Positions 49,755 through 58,716 of a stretch of 58,716 nucleotides of DNA are shown here, piece by piece; the first letter of the stretch is position 1; the number at the start of each line of letters is the position of its first letter. The notes below the pieces were generated by a model. The model did no database searches. It was not told the origin of the DNA and was given only the letters and a program-made list of their open reading frames with translations. Source of the DNA: Verrucomicrobiota bacterium (GTDB lineage Bacteria; Verrucomicrobiota; Verrucomicrobiia; Verrucomicrobiales; DEV007); NCBI GenBank assembly GCA_045046875.1, contig JASFYY010000015.1, forward strand, positions 1 through 58,716. The letters run 5' to 3'. The position numbers were made by a program, and so were the translations under genes.

Positions 49755-49881
49755 TCGGAATTTGTTTGTTTTTTGCTGGCTTGCTGAGTTGCGTTGTGTG
49801 ACTGAATCGGGAAAGTGACAGTGTATGGCGGAATCTTTGATCCGTCGCAATCAAGATGAATCACTACCGCAGAAAAATCGA

Positions 49882-50994
49882 ATGAAAATCGGTCTGGTCA
49901 GACGGGGATATTCTCCCACCGGTGGCGCAGAACGGTTTTTGATCCGTTTTGCCGAAGGTTTGCGAGCGCAAGGGCATCAGGCGGTTCTGTTCAGTGACTG
50001 TGGTTGGCCGAGTTCCGCCTGGGATGACTCGCGTTATGGAATGGTGTCGCTGGCTTCTGCAGGGCGCACTTTGTCGCCGCTGGACTTCGCTGACGCCTTG
50101 GAAGCGGTCCAACCCAAGCAGCATTGCGACTTTCTATTCAGCTTTGAACGGGTGTGGAACTGTGATGCTTACCGGGCTGGTGATGGGGTTCACCGCGCGT
50201 GGTTGCAAAGGCGCGTTTTGTTTGAGCCTGGTTATAAATCCTGGTTTCGCGGGCGACAGAAAAAACATCGTCAGATGCTGGAGCTGGAAGTGGCGCTGTA
50301 TTGCCCCCAGTCGGGGGTCCGGATCGTGGCCAACTCACAAATGGTGAAAAAGGAGATTATTGAGATTTTTGGCAAGCCTGAAGACCACATCACGGTGATC
50401 GCTAATGGCTACGACGCCGAATCATCGAGTGCGGAGCAGCGTTTGGAACTGCGCAGGAAAAAACGCCAACAATGGGGAGTGGCTGAGGATGAAATGGTGT
50501 TGTTTTTTGCGGGTTCCGGTTGGGAGCGCAAAGGTCTGGTTTTTGCCTTGCAGGCTTTTGCGCAATTCAAGCAAAGCTCCCAGGCGCATTTTATAGTGGC
50601 GGGCAAAGGTAAAGCGCCGAGAGGTGTCAGTGGACAAGGGGTTCATTTTCTCGGAGAGGTCGATGGACTTACGCCCAGCTATGAAGCGGCTGATGTATTT
50701 ATTCTGCCAACTTTGTATGATCCCTTTTCCAACGCTTGCCTTGAAGCGGCGGCTCACGGCTTGCCGGTGATCACCACCACCGCCAACGGCTTTGCCGATG
50801 TGGTGCAACATTCACAGCAGGGAGCCATCGTCGAGCCGGGTGACGTCGATGGCATGGCTATGGCTTTGGGAAAATTTGCAGCGGATTTCCCAGATCCAAA
50901 GCGTCATGAAATTCGTGATTGGGCTGCGCAATACAGCGTGGCGAGGAACGTGCAGGCGAGTTTGGAATTCATCGAAAGCTGTGGGCGCGGTTAG
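49882..50994 (+). CDS. Glycosyltransferase family 4 (WaaG/RfaG-like)
   Basis: GGAERF, YRAGDGVH, GSGWERKGL, LPTLYDPFSNACLEA. Confidence 0.88.
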   Translation: MKIGLVRRGYSPTGGAERFLIRFAEGLRAQGHQAVLFSDCGWPSSAWDDSRYGMVSLASAGRTLSPLDFADALEAVQPKQHCDFLFSFERVWNCDAYRAGDGVHRAWLQRRVLFEPGYKSWFRGRQKKHRQMLELEVALYCPQSGVRIVANSQMVKKEIIEIFGKPEDHITVIANGYDAESSSAEQRLELRRKKRQQWGVAEDEMVLFFAGSGWERKGLVFALQAFAQFKQSSQAHFIVAGKGKAPRGVSGQGVHFLGEVDGLTPSYEAADVFILPTLYDPFSNACLEAAAHGLPVITTTANGFADVVQHSQQGAIVEPGDVDGMAMALGKFAADFPDPKRHEIRDWAAQYSVARNVQASLEFIESCGRG

Positions 50995-51163
50995 AATATA
51001 TGTAAACTACGGCCGCATCAGCAGTGTTTTAATTTTAAATTTTGGCGTATCAATCCTAAAAAGGCCTGAATAATTACGAAATATCAATGTTGAACATTTT
51101 CGGTCCCGTGAAACGCTGATTTTGTATTGTCATCGATGAGGGGCTTTGTTAATGCTGTATATA

Positions 51164-52885
51164 ATGAAGGATTTCTTTTTCATCTTGGCTCTTGGTTTGT
51201 GTGTTTTGAATACTGCTTTGTCAAGAGAGTGGACTGATGTGAGCGGAAAAAAAGTAAAGGCTGATTTTATTTCCAGTGGAGACGGTAAGGTCTATGTGAA
51301 AAGAGAGAGGGATGGAAAAAAGTTAATTCTGGTGCTCGAAAAATTGTCAACGGCGGACCGTAAGTGGCTTGCGGAGAGAATGCAAAAAACGGGGGAATCC
51401 AAGAGTGTGTCTGTCAGGTCTCCTTTTCGCGAACTGATCAGTGGTGCAGAGTATCGGGAAAAGATGCAAGTAGCAGACTCTAGATTAGAGGCTGCGGATT
51501 GTTATGGCTTGGCGGCTGATTTATCAAACCCGGCGGTTGGGATTAAATTACTTGCCATACCAAGAGGTTCGAACGCAGAAAGGGCGGGCATAGAGAAAGG
51601 CAGTATCATTGTTAAAAGAGGAGAATGGAAATCATGGGCAAAGTTCACTCATATGATTTCGATCAATGAGCCCTACATAGCACAGCTAGTGAATCCTAGC
51701 GGAAAAGTGGAAGAGGTGGAAATGGAGCCAGGTTATTTTGATGCGCCGTATGCCAAAGTGCATCGTCTTGATGTTGCTTACCTTCGGGGCGAGATAGGAA
51801 CTTCCAGGGTCAGATGGGATCGGCATATCCTAGTCGCTTGTTTCTATAGAAAAGATGACCCGGCTTTTGCAGAAACAGCTTTGTACCATGCGGTTAAATC
51901 GGGTTATCAGGAAGATGCTTTCACTGATTTTTTGCGAACAATAATCAAAATGAACACCGGGGAGGGGCCGGCACAGGACATGGAGAGGTTCCTTTCCCAC
52001 TTTGAGGGGAAAGATATCCCATGGGTTTACATTCCCCCTTTACACAATGTGCTTGCAGTTACGGGGAGGATAGATTTCATGCAGCGAATTGTTGAGGAAG
52101 CTGGAGATAATTGTATTTACGATAATGCTGTTATAAAACAGTTTTTGGAGTGGACAGAGGGAGCTGTCAAATGGCCCGAAGGTTCTCTTTTGGATAGAGC
52201 TAAAGCGAATCGAGGTGAATCCATTACGGGCATTTTTGATAGTGCTCGCAGAATGGGAGGCAGGGTTTTCCCCGCTCCTGCCATCGATGAAAAATTGGAA
52301 ATCAAAACAGCACCAGGATCATACTATCATACGGAGTATACTTCTGAAAACATTCCGCAAAATTTCCACTATCATATAAAAGCAAAAATGGTGGCAACAG
52401 GATTACATCGGCGATGGGCGACAAGATTTAGAGTATCGATTGCCGATTTATACTCAGAGCAAGAACCTATACCCCCGGATCTTCGATTTCCTAAAACCAG
52501 TAACCCCTTTGTTTATCAATTTATGAATCTGAATATTGGCAGCAATTTCTACAACACAGTCGTAGATACAGTAGGGAATAGCTTGCCGGGTATGATTTTA
52601 AATCGTCAGGAGGTTGTATCAATCCCCTTTATTGATCGTCCTGCTCTACCCGAAAATTTGCAGATAAGATTTAAGAATGAAAAATCTAAATACACGAAAG
52701 AGCCCCAAGCTGTTGATATAGACCTGATTCGTTATCACAATGAGATGGGAATTTATGTGAATGGAATTTGTTTCCTTCATCTGCCCACAGACCCTGAGCC
52801 TACTCGCAAGATAGATTTTAACATACATGCCGTTGGGTTAAACATGACTATCGAGCAGCAACAGGTATGGGCTTTGGAAGATTGA
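51164..52885 (+). CDS. Secreted SHD1-domain protein with a possible PDZ-like segment
   Basis: REWTDVSGKKVKADF...LEKLSTADRKWL is SHD1-like; GSNAERAGIEKGSII is PDZ-like; lower GC than its neighbours. Confidence 0.75.
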   Translation: MKDFFFILALGLCVLNTALSREWTDVSGKKVKADFISSGDGKVYVKRERDGKKLILVLEKLSTADRKWLAERMQKTGESKSVSVRSPFRELISGAEYREKMQVADSRLEAADCYGLAADLSNPAVGIKLLAIPRGSNAERAGIEKGSIIVKRGEWKSWAKFTHMISINEPYIAQLVNPSGKVEEVEMEPGYFDAPYAKVHRLDVAYLRGEIGTSRVRWDRHILVACFYRKDDPAFAETALYHAVKSGYQEDAFTDFLRTIIKMNTGEGPAQDMERFLSHFEGKDIPWVYIPPLHNVLAVTGRIDFMQRIVEEAGDNCIYDNAVIKQFLEWTEGAVKWPEGSLLDRAKANRGESITGIFDSARRMGGRVFPAPAIDEKLEIKTAPGSYYHTEYTSENIPQNFHYHIKAKMVATGLHRRWATRFRVSIADLYSEQEPIPPDLRFPKTSNPFVYQFMNLNIGSNFYNTVVDTVGNSLPGMILNRQEVVSIPFIDRPALPENLQIRFKNEKSKYTKEPQAVDIDLIRYHNEMGIYVNGICFLHLPTDPEPTRKIDFNIHAVGLNMTIEQQQVWALED

Positions 52886-52956
52886 AAGAGCTCTGGGAGT
52901 TGGGGAAACGGCATTGCTCAGAAGCATGTTCAGTGGTGTGAAGTGATAGGGGAACG

Positions 52957-53019
52957 ACGTAGCGCGGGTATCCGCACTCGCCGAGAGAGTGGTGTGCGGG
53001 TTGGAAGCCCGCACTACGT
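52957..53019. repeat. GTAG-family REP doublet (inverted pair)
   Basis: ACGTAGCGCGGGTATCCGCACTCGC ... GCGGGTTGGAAGCCCGCACTACGT. Confidence 0.7.
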
Positions 53020-53070
53020 GGGAATAAACGAGTGCTTCAGCTTGTGGTAAGTTTGCGTATTTTTGGGCGC

Positions 53071-53106
53071 AAAAAAACGAGCCCGGACTTTCGTCCGAGC
53101 TCGTTT
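53071..53106 (-). terminator. Rho-independent terminator of the metK-ahcY operon
   Basis: Hairpin ACGAGCCCGGAC-TTTC-GTCCGAGCTCGT followed by T7 on the minus strand, just downstream of ahcY. Confidence 0.8.
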
Positions 53107-53132
53107 CTAATTTTTGTTAAGCTGATCGCAGC

Positions 53133-54545
53133 TTAGTAGCGGTAGTGTTCTGGCTTGTAAGGGCCTTCAACAGGAACGCTGATGTAGTCTGCTTGTTCCT
53201 GGGTCAAGGTGGTGAGCTTGACGCCGATTTTTTCCAAATGCAGGCGTGCCACTTCTTCGTCCAGCTTTTTAGGCAGGATGTAAACGCCGGGTTTGTAAGT
53301 GTCTTTGTTTTTCCACAAATCGATCTGAGCAAGAGTCTGGTTGGTGAAGCTGTTGGACATCACGAAACTCGGGTGACCGGTAGCGCAACCGAGATTGACC
53401 AAGCGGCCTTCGGCGAGCATGAACAACTGGTGTCCGTCGGGGAAGGTGTATTGATCGACCTGTGATTTGACTTCGATTTTTTCCACGCCTTCGAGATTGT
53501 TCAGGGCGTCGACCTGGATCTCATTGTCAAAGTGACCAATGTTACATACGATGGCCTGATCTTTCATTTGAGTCAGGTGGTCGAGTGTGATGATGTCTTT
53601 GTTGCCTGTGGTGGTGACGTAGATGTCAGACCAACCCAAGGTGTCCTCGATGGGCATCACGCGGAAGCCTTCCATCGCCGCCTGCAAAGCACAGATCGGA
53701 TCGATCTCGGTGACCACCACCTGGGCGCCCATGCCGACCAGCGCCTGGGCGCAGCCTTTGCCTACATCGCCATAACCACAAACCACGGCTACTTTACCAG
53801 CGATCATCACGTCGGTGGCACGTTTGATGCCGTCGAGTAGGGATTCGCGGCAACCGTAGAGGTTGTCGAATTTGGATTTGGTGACCGAGTCGTTGACGTT
53901 GATCGCAGGAACTTTCAAAGTGCCGGCTTCAAACATCTGGTAGAGACGATGGACTCCAGTGGTGGTTTCTTCGGAAACACCTTTCCAGTCCTTGAGGTAA
54001 TTGTTCCATTTCTCAGGAGTGTCGCCCTGCACTTTTTTGAGCAGGTTTTTGATCACTTGCTCTTCCAGTGAACCGGACTCGCTGTTGACCCAGTCCGAGC
54101 CGTTTTCGAGATCTGCTCCGTTGTGGATCAGCAAAGTGGCATCGCCACCGTCGTCAACGATCAGCTCTGGACCAGCTCCACAAGGCCAAGTCAGTGCGCT
54201 GAGAGTGCAGTCCCAGTATTCTTCCAGAGTTTCGCCTTTCCAAGCAAATACCGGAACTCCGGAAACGGCAATCGCTGCCGCTGCGTGATCCTGAGTTGAG
54301 AAAATATTGCAAGAACACCAGCGCACATCGGCTCCGAGATCGACCAGAGTTTCGATCAAAACAGCGGTCTGGATGGTCATGTGCAGACTGCCCATGATGC
54401 GAACCCCTTGCAGGGGTTTTTCTGCAGAGTATTTTTTGCGGGTAGCCATCAGACCGGGCATTTCGTGCTCGGCGATGGAAATTTCCTTGCGACCGAAATC
54501 GGCCAGGCTGATGTCAGCGACTTTGTAGTCTTCGTTTGTGCTCAT
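53133..54545 (-). CDS. ahcY: Adenosylhomocysteinase
   Basis: [50 protein letters not shown]. Confidence 0.98.
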   Translation of the reverse strand: MSTNEDYKVADISLADFGRKEISIAEHEMPGLMATRKKYSAEKPLQGVRIMGSLHMTIQTAVLIETLVDLGADVRWCSCNIFSTQDHAAAAIAVSGVPVFAWKGETLEEYWDCTLSALTWPCGAGPELIVDDGGDATLLIHNGADLENGSDWVNSESGSLEEQVIKNLLKKVQGDTPEKWNNYLKDWKGVSEETTTGVHRLYQMFEAGTLKVPAINVNDSVTKSKFDNLYGCRESLLDGIKRATDVMIAGKVAVVCGYGDVGKGCAQALVGMGAQVVVTEIDPICALQAAMEGFRVMPIEDTLGWSDIYVTTTGNKDIITLDHLTQMKDQAIVCNIGHFDNEIQVDALNNLEGVEKIEVKSQVDQYTFPDGHQLFMLAEGRLVNLGCATGHPSFVMSNSFTNQTLAQIDLWKNKDTYKPGVYILPKKLDEEVARLHLEKIGVKLTTLTQEQADYISVPVEGPYKPEHYRY

Positions 54546-54546
54546 G

Positions 54547-54566
54547 ATATAAATTAGCTTTGATAT
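54547..54566. promoter_or_regulatory. Candidate SahR-type operator (ATATCAA-N6-TTTATAT) directly upstream of ahcY
   Basis: Minus strand ATATCAAAGCTAATTTATAT, a near-perfect 7-6-7 palindrome. Confidence 0.55.
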
Positions 54567-54581
54567 TAAAAATTCAGTTGG

Positions 54582-55787
54582 TTAAGAAACAGCGGATTTG
54601 AGATCATCTGCTTTGTCAGTGCGCTCCCAAGTGAGGGCGTCCAGATTGTCTTCGCGGCCGAAGTGACCGTAGTTGGTGGTGTGACGGTAGATCGGACGCA
54701 GCAGATTCAGCTGCGATACGATGTCCGCCGGCTTGAAGGAGAAAACTTCCTGCACCGCCGCTTCGATTTTGGATTCGTCAACGGTGTTGGTGCCGAAGGT
54801 ATCGACGCGAACGCTGACTGGCTGCGGGTGGCCAATGGCGTAGGCCAGTTGCAGTTCGCATCTGTCAGCGAGTCCTGCCGCAACGACATTTTTGGCAACC
54901 CAACGGCTCATGTAAGCAGCCGAGCGATCCACTTTACTTGGATCTTTACCAGAAAAAGCGCCGCCACCGTGACGACCCATGCCGCCGTAGGTATCAACGA
55001 TGATTTTGCGTCCGGTCAATCCACAATCGCCTTCAGGTCCACCGATCACAAACAGGCCGGTGGGGTTGATCAAAATTTCGGTGTCTTCATCGATCCACTC
55101 CGCAGGCACATTGGGCAGAATGAGATCTTTTTTCAACGCTTCCTGTAATTCAGGGGTGCTGATTTCGCGGGCGTGCATGGTGGAAACCACCACAGCGGTC
55201 ACGCGTTTGGGTTTGCCGTCGACATATTCCATCGATACCTGGGTTTTGGAGTCGGGACGCAACCAGGTGTGAACGCGGTCTTTACGCAATCGGGTGATTT
55301 CCTGACCGAGTTTGTGCGAGAGCGCGATCGGAGCCGGCATCAGTGATTCGGTTTCCTGACAAGCATAGCCGAACATGATGCCCTGGTCACCCGCGCCTTG
55401 TTCGGCGTGGCCTTTGTCATCGGCTTCAGCGGCATCGACACCCACTTTGATGTCAACCGACTGTTGGCCGAGCAAGTTCTGAAAATGGAAGGTTTCCGAA
55501 GCAAAAGAGCATTCGTAGCTGTAATCCGTGCCTTCAGCGTAAGATTGTGAATAACCGATGTTCTCCAACGCTTTTTTGACCACATCGCGGTGATCAAATT
55601 TGGCATTGGTGGTGATTTCTCCGCCGAGAATGACCATATTGTCTTTCACCATGGTTTCGCAAGCCACTCGCGAAGCGGTATCCTGCTCAAAACATGCGTC
55701 GAGAATAGCGTCACTGACGGTGTCGCAAACTTTGTCCGGGTGACCTTCGGTGACTGATTCAGATGAAAAAATGTATGATGATGCCAT
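54582..55787 (-). CDS. metK: S-adenosylmethionine synthetase
   Basis: [33 protein letters not shown]. Confidence 0.98.
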   Translation of the reverse strand: MASSYIFSSESVTEGHPDKVCDTVSDAILDACFEQDTASRVACETMVKDNMVILGGEITTNAKFDHRDVVKKALENIGYSQSYAEGTDYSYECSFASETFHFQNLLGQQSVDIKVGVDAAEADDKGHAEQGAGDQGIMFGYACQETESLMPAPIALSHKLGQEITRLRKDRVHTWLRPDSKTQVSMEYVDGKPKRVTAVVVSTMHAREISTPELQEALKKDLILPNVPAEWIDEDTEILINPTGLFVIGGPEGDCGLTGRKIIVDTYGGMGRHGGGAFSGKDPSKVDRSAAYMSRWVAKNVVAAGLADRCELQLAYAIGHPQPVSVRVDTFGTNTVDESKIEAAVQEVFSFKPADIVSQLNLLRPIYRHTTNYGHFGREDNLDALTWERTDKADDLKSAVS

Positions 55788-55811
55788 AGTTGTTGTCCTT
55801 ATTGTATTTAC

Positions 55812-55831
55812 AAATCCTGATGGGTTGATAT
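55812..55831. promoter_or_regulatory. Second candidate operator in the metK/regulator divergent intergenic region
   Basis: Minus strand ATATCAACCCATCAGGATTT: one perfect ATATCAA half-site and one degenerate half. Confidence 0.4.
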
Positions 55832-55847
55832 ATTAGCACACAATTAT

Positions 55848-56786
55848 ATGCCGTCAATTTTGAAATCCCTGCGATTGGTCGCAGATCCCACGCGAATACG
55901 CATTCTGTCCCTTTTGGCGCAGCAGGATCTCTCTGTAGCTGAGTTGCAGGAGGTACTGGCGATGGGGCAGTCGAAGATTTCATCTCATTTGGCACAGTTG
56001 AGGCAGACCCAATTGATCGATGACCGTCGCTCGGGAAAAAATGTGATTTATGCGCTTAAAACCGAGCTTGATGACACGTCAGCAGGCATTCTGGCGTTGG
56101 TCGAGAGCGCCAAAGAGGAAATAGCCGAAATTGAGCAGGACAATGCGGCGTTGGACTTGACCATTCGCAAGCGCAAGGACAAGGCACGTGCTTATTTTGA
56201 CCAGCTTGCGGGCAAATTTGGGCGTCAGTATGTGCCGGGGCGCTCATGGAAGGCGCTGGCAGAGGCTATGTTGAAATTGATGCCGCCGCTGGAAATTGCC
56301 GATTTGGGTGCGGGTGAAGGAACTTTCTCCCAATTGCTCGCCCAGCGGGCCAAACGGGTGATTTCCATCGACAGCTCGGAAAAAATGGTTGAGTTCGGAT
56401 CGACGGTGGCCAAAGAGAATGGGTTTAAAAATCTCGAATACCGCTTGGGTGACATCGAGGAGCCCCCGATTGATGATGAGTCGGTGGACATCGCTATTTT
56501 CAGTCAATCGCTGCATCATACCAGCAAACCCGAACGCGCTTTGCAGGGAGCTTTTCGCATATTGAGGCCTGGCGGACGGGTGGTGGTGCTCGATTTGCTC
56601 AAACATCAGTATGAAGACGCCAAGGAGCTTTACGCAGATGTCTGGTTAGGGTTTTCCGAGCTGGAATTGTCCCAATTTCTCAAACGCAGTGGTTTTATCA
56701 AAATCGACCCTGCTGTGGTTGATCGTGAAAAAAGCAGCCCGCATTTTCAAACCCTGATGGTGATAGCTGAAAAGCCGGGCGCGTAG
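55848..56786 (+). CDS. ArsR-family HTH plus SAM-methyltransferase-domain regulator (SahR-like)
   Basis: ADPTRIRIL...ISSHLAQLR is ArsR-type; DLGAGEG is a SAM-binding motif; divergent from metK-ahcY. Confidence 0.88.
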   Translation: MPSILKSLRLVADPTRIRILSLLAQQDLSVAELQEVLAMGQSKISSHLAQLRQTQLIDDRRSGKNVIYALKTELDDTSAGILALVESAKEEIAEIEQDNAALDLTIRKRKDKARAYFDQLAGKFGRQYVPGRSWKALAEAMLKLMPPLEIADLGAGEGTFSQLLAQRAKRVISIDSSEKMVEFGSTVAKENGFKNLEYRLGDIEEPPIDDESVDIAIFSQSLHHTSKPERALQGAFRILRPGGRVVVLDLLKHQYEDAKELYADVWLGFSELELSQFLKRSGFIKIDPAVVDREKSSPHFQTLMVIAEKPGA

Positions 56787-56875
56787 CCTACTGCAGAGCT
56801 CGGGAATCAGGGAAAATTTACGAGCATACTTCCATCTTGTGTAGTAGCTTTTGCATTCAGCAACCTTGAAATGAT

Positions 56876-58666
56876 ATGAAGCAATTTTTTAAAATGACGA
56901 TGGCCTCGATCCTAGGATTCATGGTCACAATTTTTTTGGTGATCGCGATCACCTTTGTCGTATTTGCCGCTATTATCGGTATGATCGCATCGGGAGTCGA
57001 TCAAGCGCCGGTGACGTTGAAAGACAAAACGTGGTTGTATCTGGATTTCAAGGAATCCATCGTCGACCGGGGGAATAAAGACCCTTTTGCTAATTTTGAC
57101 TTCAATACGTTTAATGCGGTGCCGCAACTCGGGCTGAACGACATTCTGCAAGGTCTCGAAAAAGCCGCAGAAGATGATCGGATCACTGGGATTTACCTCG
57201 ATATGAAAGTGGCTAATGCCGGCTTTGCCAGCATGAATGAAATCCGACGGGCTTTGGAAGTGTTCAAGGCTTCGGGCAAGCCGGTGAAAGCTTACGCCGA
57301 CTATATGGGGCAGAAAGCCTATTTTCTGGCTACGGTGGCGGATACCATCAGCCTCAATCCGGCAGGCGGCTTGGAGCTGCAGGGTCTGAGCAGTCAGCAA
57401 ATGTTCTACAAACAAGCTTTGGAGAAATTGGATGTCGAGGTGCAGGTGATCCGGCATGGAAAATTCAAGGGCGCGGTGGAGCCGTTTATTTTGGAACAAA
57501 TGAGTCCAGAGAATAAATTGCAGACAAGTAAATATGTGACTTCCCTGTGGGATAAGATGGCGGCAGGCATGGCCGAAGGCCGGGGTATCACGATTCAACA
57601 GATTGATCAGATTGCGGATGAATTGAAATTGCGCTCGGCTAAAGATGCCAAGGATTTGCACCTGGTTGATCAATTGAGTTACCGCGATGAATTTATCAGC
57701 GAACTCAAGGAGCTCAGTGAAACCAAAAAAAGTGCCAAACTGAGAAAGGTGCGAATGTCCAAATACGTGCGGGGGTTAAAAAAGAATGACAAAAAAACGA
57801 AGTCTAACGGCAGTAATCAGATAGCAGTGGTTTATGCCAGTGGCGGCATTTCGTTGGGGAAAAGCAGCTATGGAGTGATGGGAGCCGAGACCATTTCCAA
57901 GGCGATCGTCAAAGCGCGTGAGAATAAAAAGGTGAAGATCATCGTGCTGCGGGTGAATTCTCCTGGTGGCAGCGCACTCGCTTCGGATGTGATCTGGCGT
58001 GAAGTTGAACTGGCGAAAAAGGTCAAACCGGTAGTGGTTTCGATGGGAAATCTGGCAGCTTCCGGCGGCTATTATATCGCCTGCGGCGCCAATCGGATTC
58101 TGGCGGATGAAAGCACCATCACCGGCTCGATCGGGGTGTTTGGCTTGATGCCCAATTTCAAAGGTTTACTGAACAACAAACTTGGCATCAGCACGGATAC
58201 GGTGAACTCCAATCGTCACTCGGATCTCGGTTCGGGTTACCGCGCTATGAACGCCTTCGAGCAAGGTGCGATTCAGGCCTCGGTGGAAAATGTTTACAGT
58301 GATTTCATCAGCAAGGTGGCCAAGGGGCGCTCAATGAGCATTGAGCAAGTTGATGAAATTGGCCAGGGACGGGTATGGATTGGCAAGGACGCTCTGGAAA
58401 TCGGGTTGATAGATGAGTTTGGTGGATTGGATAAATCCATCGAGGTGGCAGCCAAGATGGCCAAAATCGAGGATTATTCGATTGTTGAATACCCTCAGCA
58501 AAAAGCGTCTTTTGAAGCCTTGCTTGAAAGTTGGTCGGAGGACATGACCCATGCTTCGCTCAAGTCGGTTTTTGGGAATGACTACAGACAATATCTCAAG
58601 CTGCGCAATACCTTGGAAGAAAAAGGGGTCTTTGCGAGGTTGCCTTTTGACCGCCTGTTTGAATAG
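56876..58666 (+). CDS. sppA: Signal peptide peptidase SppA (67-kDa type, S49)
   Basis: GKFKGAVEPF, LRVNSPGGSA, AASGGYYI, TGSIGV, QGRVW. Confidence 0.95.
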   Translation: MKQFFKMTMASILGFMVTIFLVIAITFVVFAAIIGMIASGVDQAPVTLKDKTWLYLDFKESIVDRGNKDPFANFDFNTFNAVPQLGLNDILQGLEKAAEDDRITGIYLDMKVANAGFASMNEIRRALEVFKASGKPVKAYADYMGQKAYFLATVADTISLNPAGGLELQGLSSQQMFYKQALEKLDVEVQVIRHGKFKGAVEPFILEQMSPENKLQTSKYVTSLWDKMAAGMAEGRGITIQQIDQIADELKLRSAKDAKDLHLVDQLSYRDEFISELKELSETKKSAKLRKVRMSKYVRGLKKNDKKTKSNGSNQIAVVYASGGISLGKSSYGVMGAETISKAIVKARENKKVKIIVLRVNSPGGSALASDVIWREVELAKKVKPVVVSMGNLAASGGYYIACGANRILADESTITGSIGVFGLMPNFKGLLNNKLGISTDTVNSNRHSDLGSGYRAMNAFEQGAIQASVENVYSDFISKVAKGRSMSIEQVDEIGQGRVWIGKDALEIGLIDEFGGLDKSIEVAAKMAKIEDYSIVEYPQQKASFEALLESWSEDMTHASLKSVFGNDYRQYLKLRNTLEEKGVFARLPFDRLFE

Positions 58667-58716
58667 CCGGGAATGCTTGAGCAAGCGGTAAAATCAGCTC
58701 AATTATTCTCTTGCTG

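Noticed and set aside
55788..55847. SAM riboswitch upstream of metK
   Set aside because: Only 60 nt, AT-rich and shared with a divergent gene; no aptamer features.
56912..57673. 253-aa minus-strand ORF
   Set aside because: Antisense shadow of sppA.

Overview
Bacterial chromosomal segment, probably Verrucomicrobiota (PVC superphylum). This is inferred from gene content: DUF1501, SHD1-domain and HzsA/FGE-type proteins, a giant TPR protein and the DnaA GGRDHGTV motif. Core genes: dnaA-dnaN, thiL-tsaE-tsaB, xfp-ackA, bioB, algI/algJ-like O-acetylation genes, LPS glycosyltransferases, metK-ahcY with a divergent ArsR-methyltransferase (SahR-like) regulator, and sppA. There are three accessory zones. 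(1) 1-8.5 kb: secreted vWA, zinc-protease, lipoprotein and TPM genes mixed with IS256 and IS4 remnants; their junctions repeatedly fall on a GGGGTCA(G)/TGACCCC motif family, suggesting a site-specific shuffling system. (2) 31.8-32.6 kb: a GxxExxY pseudogene split by a 286-bp MITE carrying a REP-like palindromic array. (3) 33.5-38.6 kb: an islet bounded by REP-like direct repeats, holding Mod, Mrr and IS1634 remnants and an HzsA-like/FGE heme protein gene. Other signals are a perfect 16-bp palindrome abutting an AAA-DUF4143 start codon, candidate SahR operators, and an apparent G/C-skew reversal over about 23-38.5 kb. No rRNA, tRNA or CRISPR array was seen. All family assignments come from motif recognition by eye; no database searches were run.
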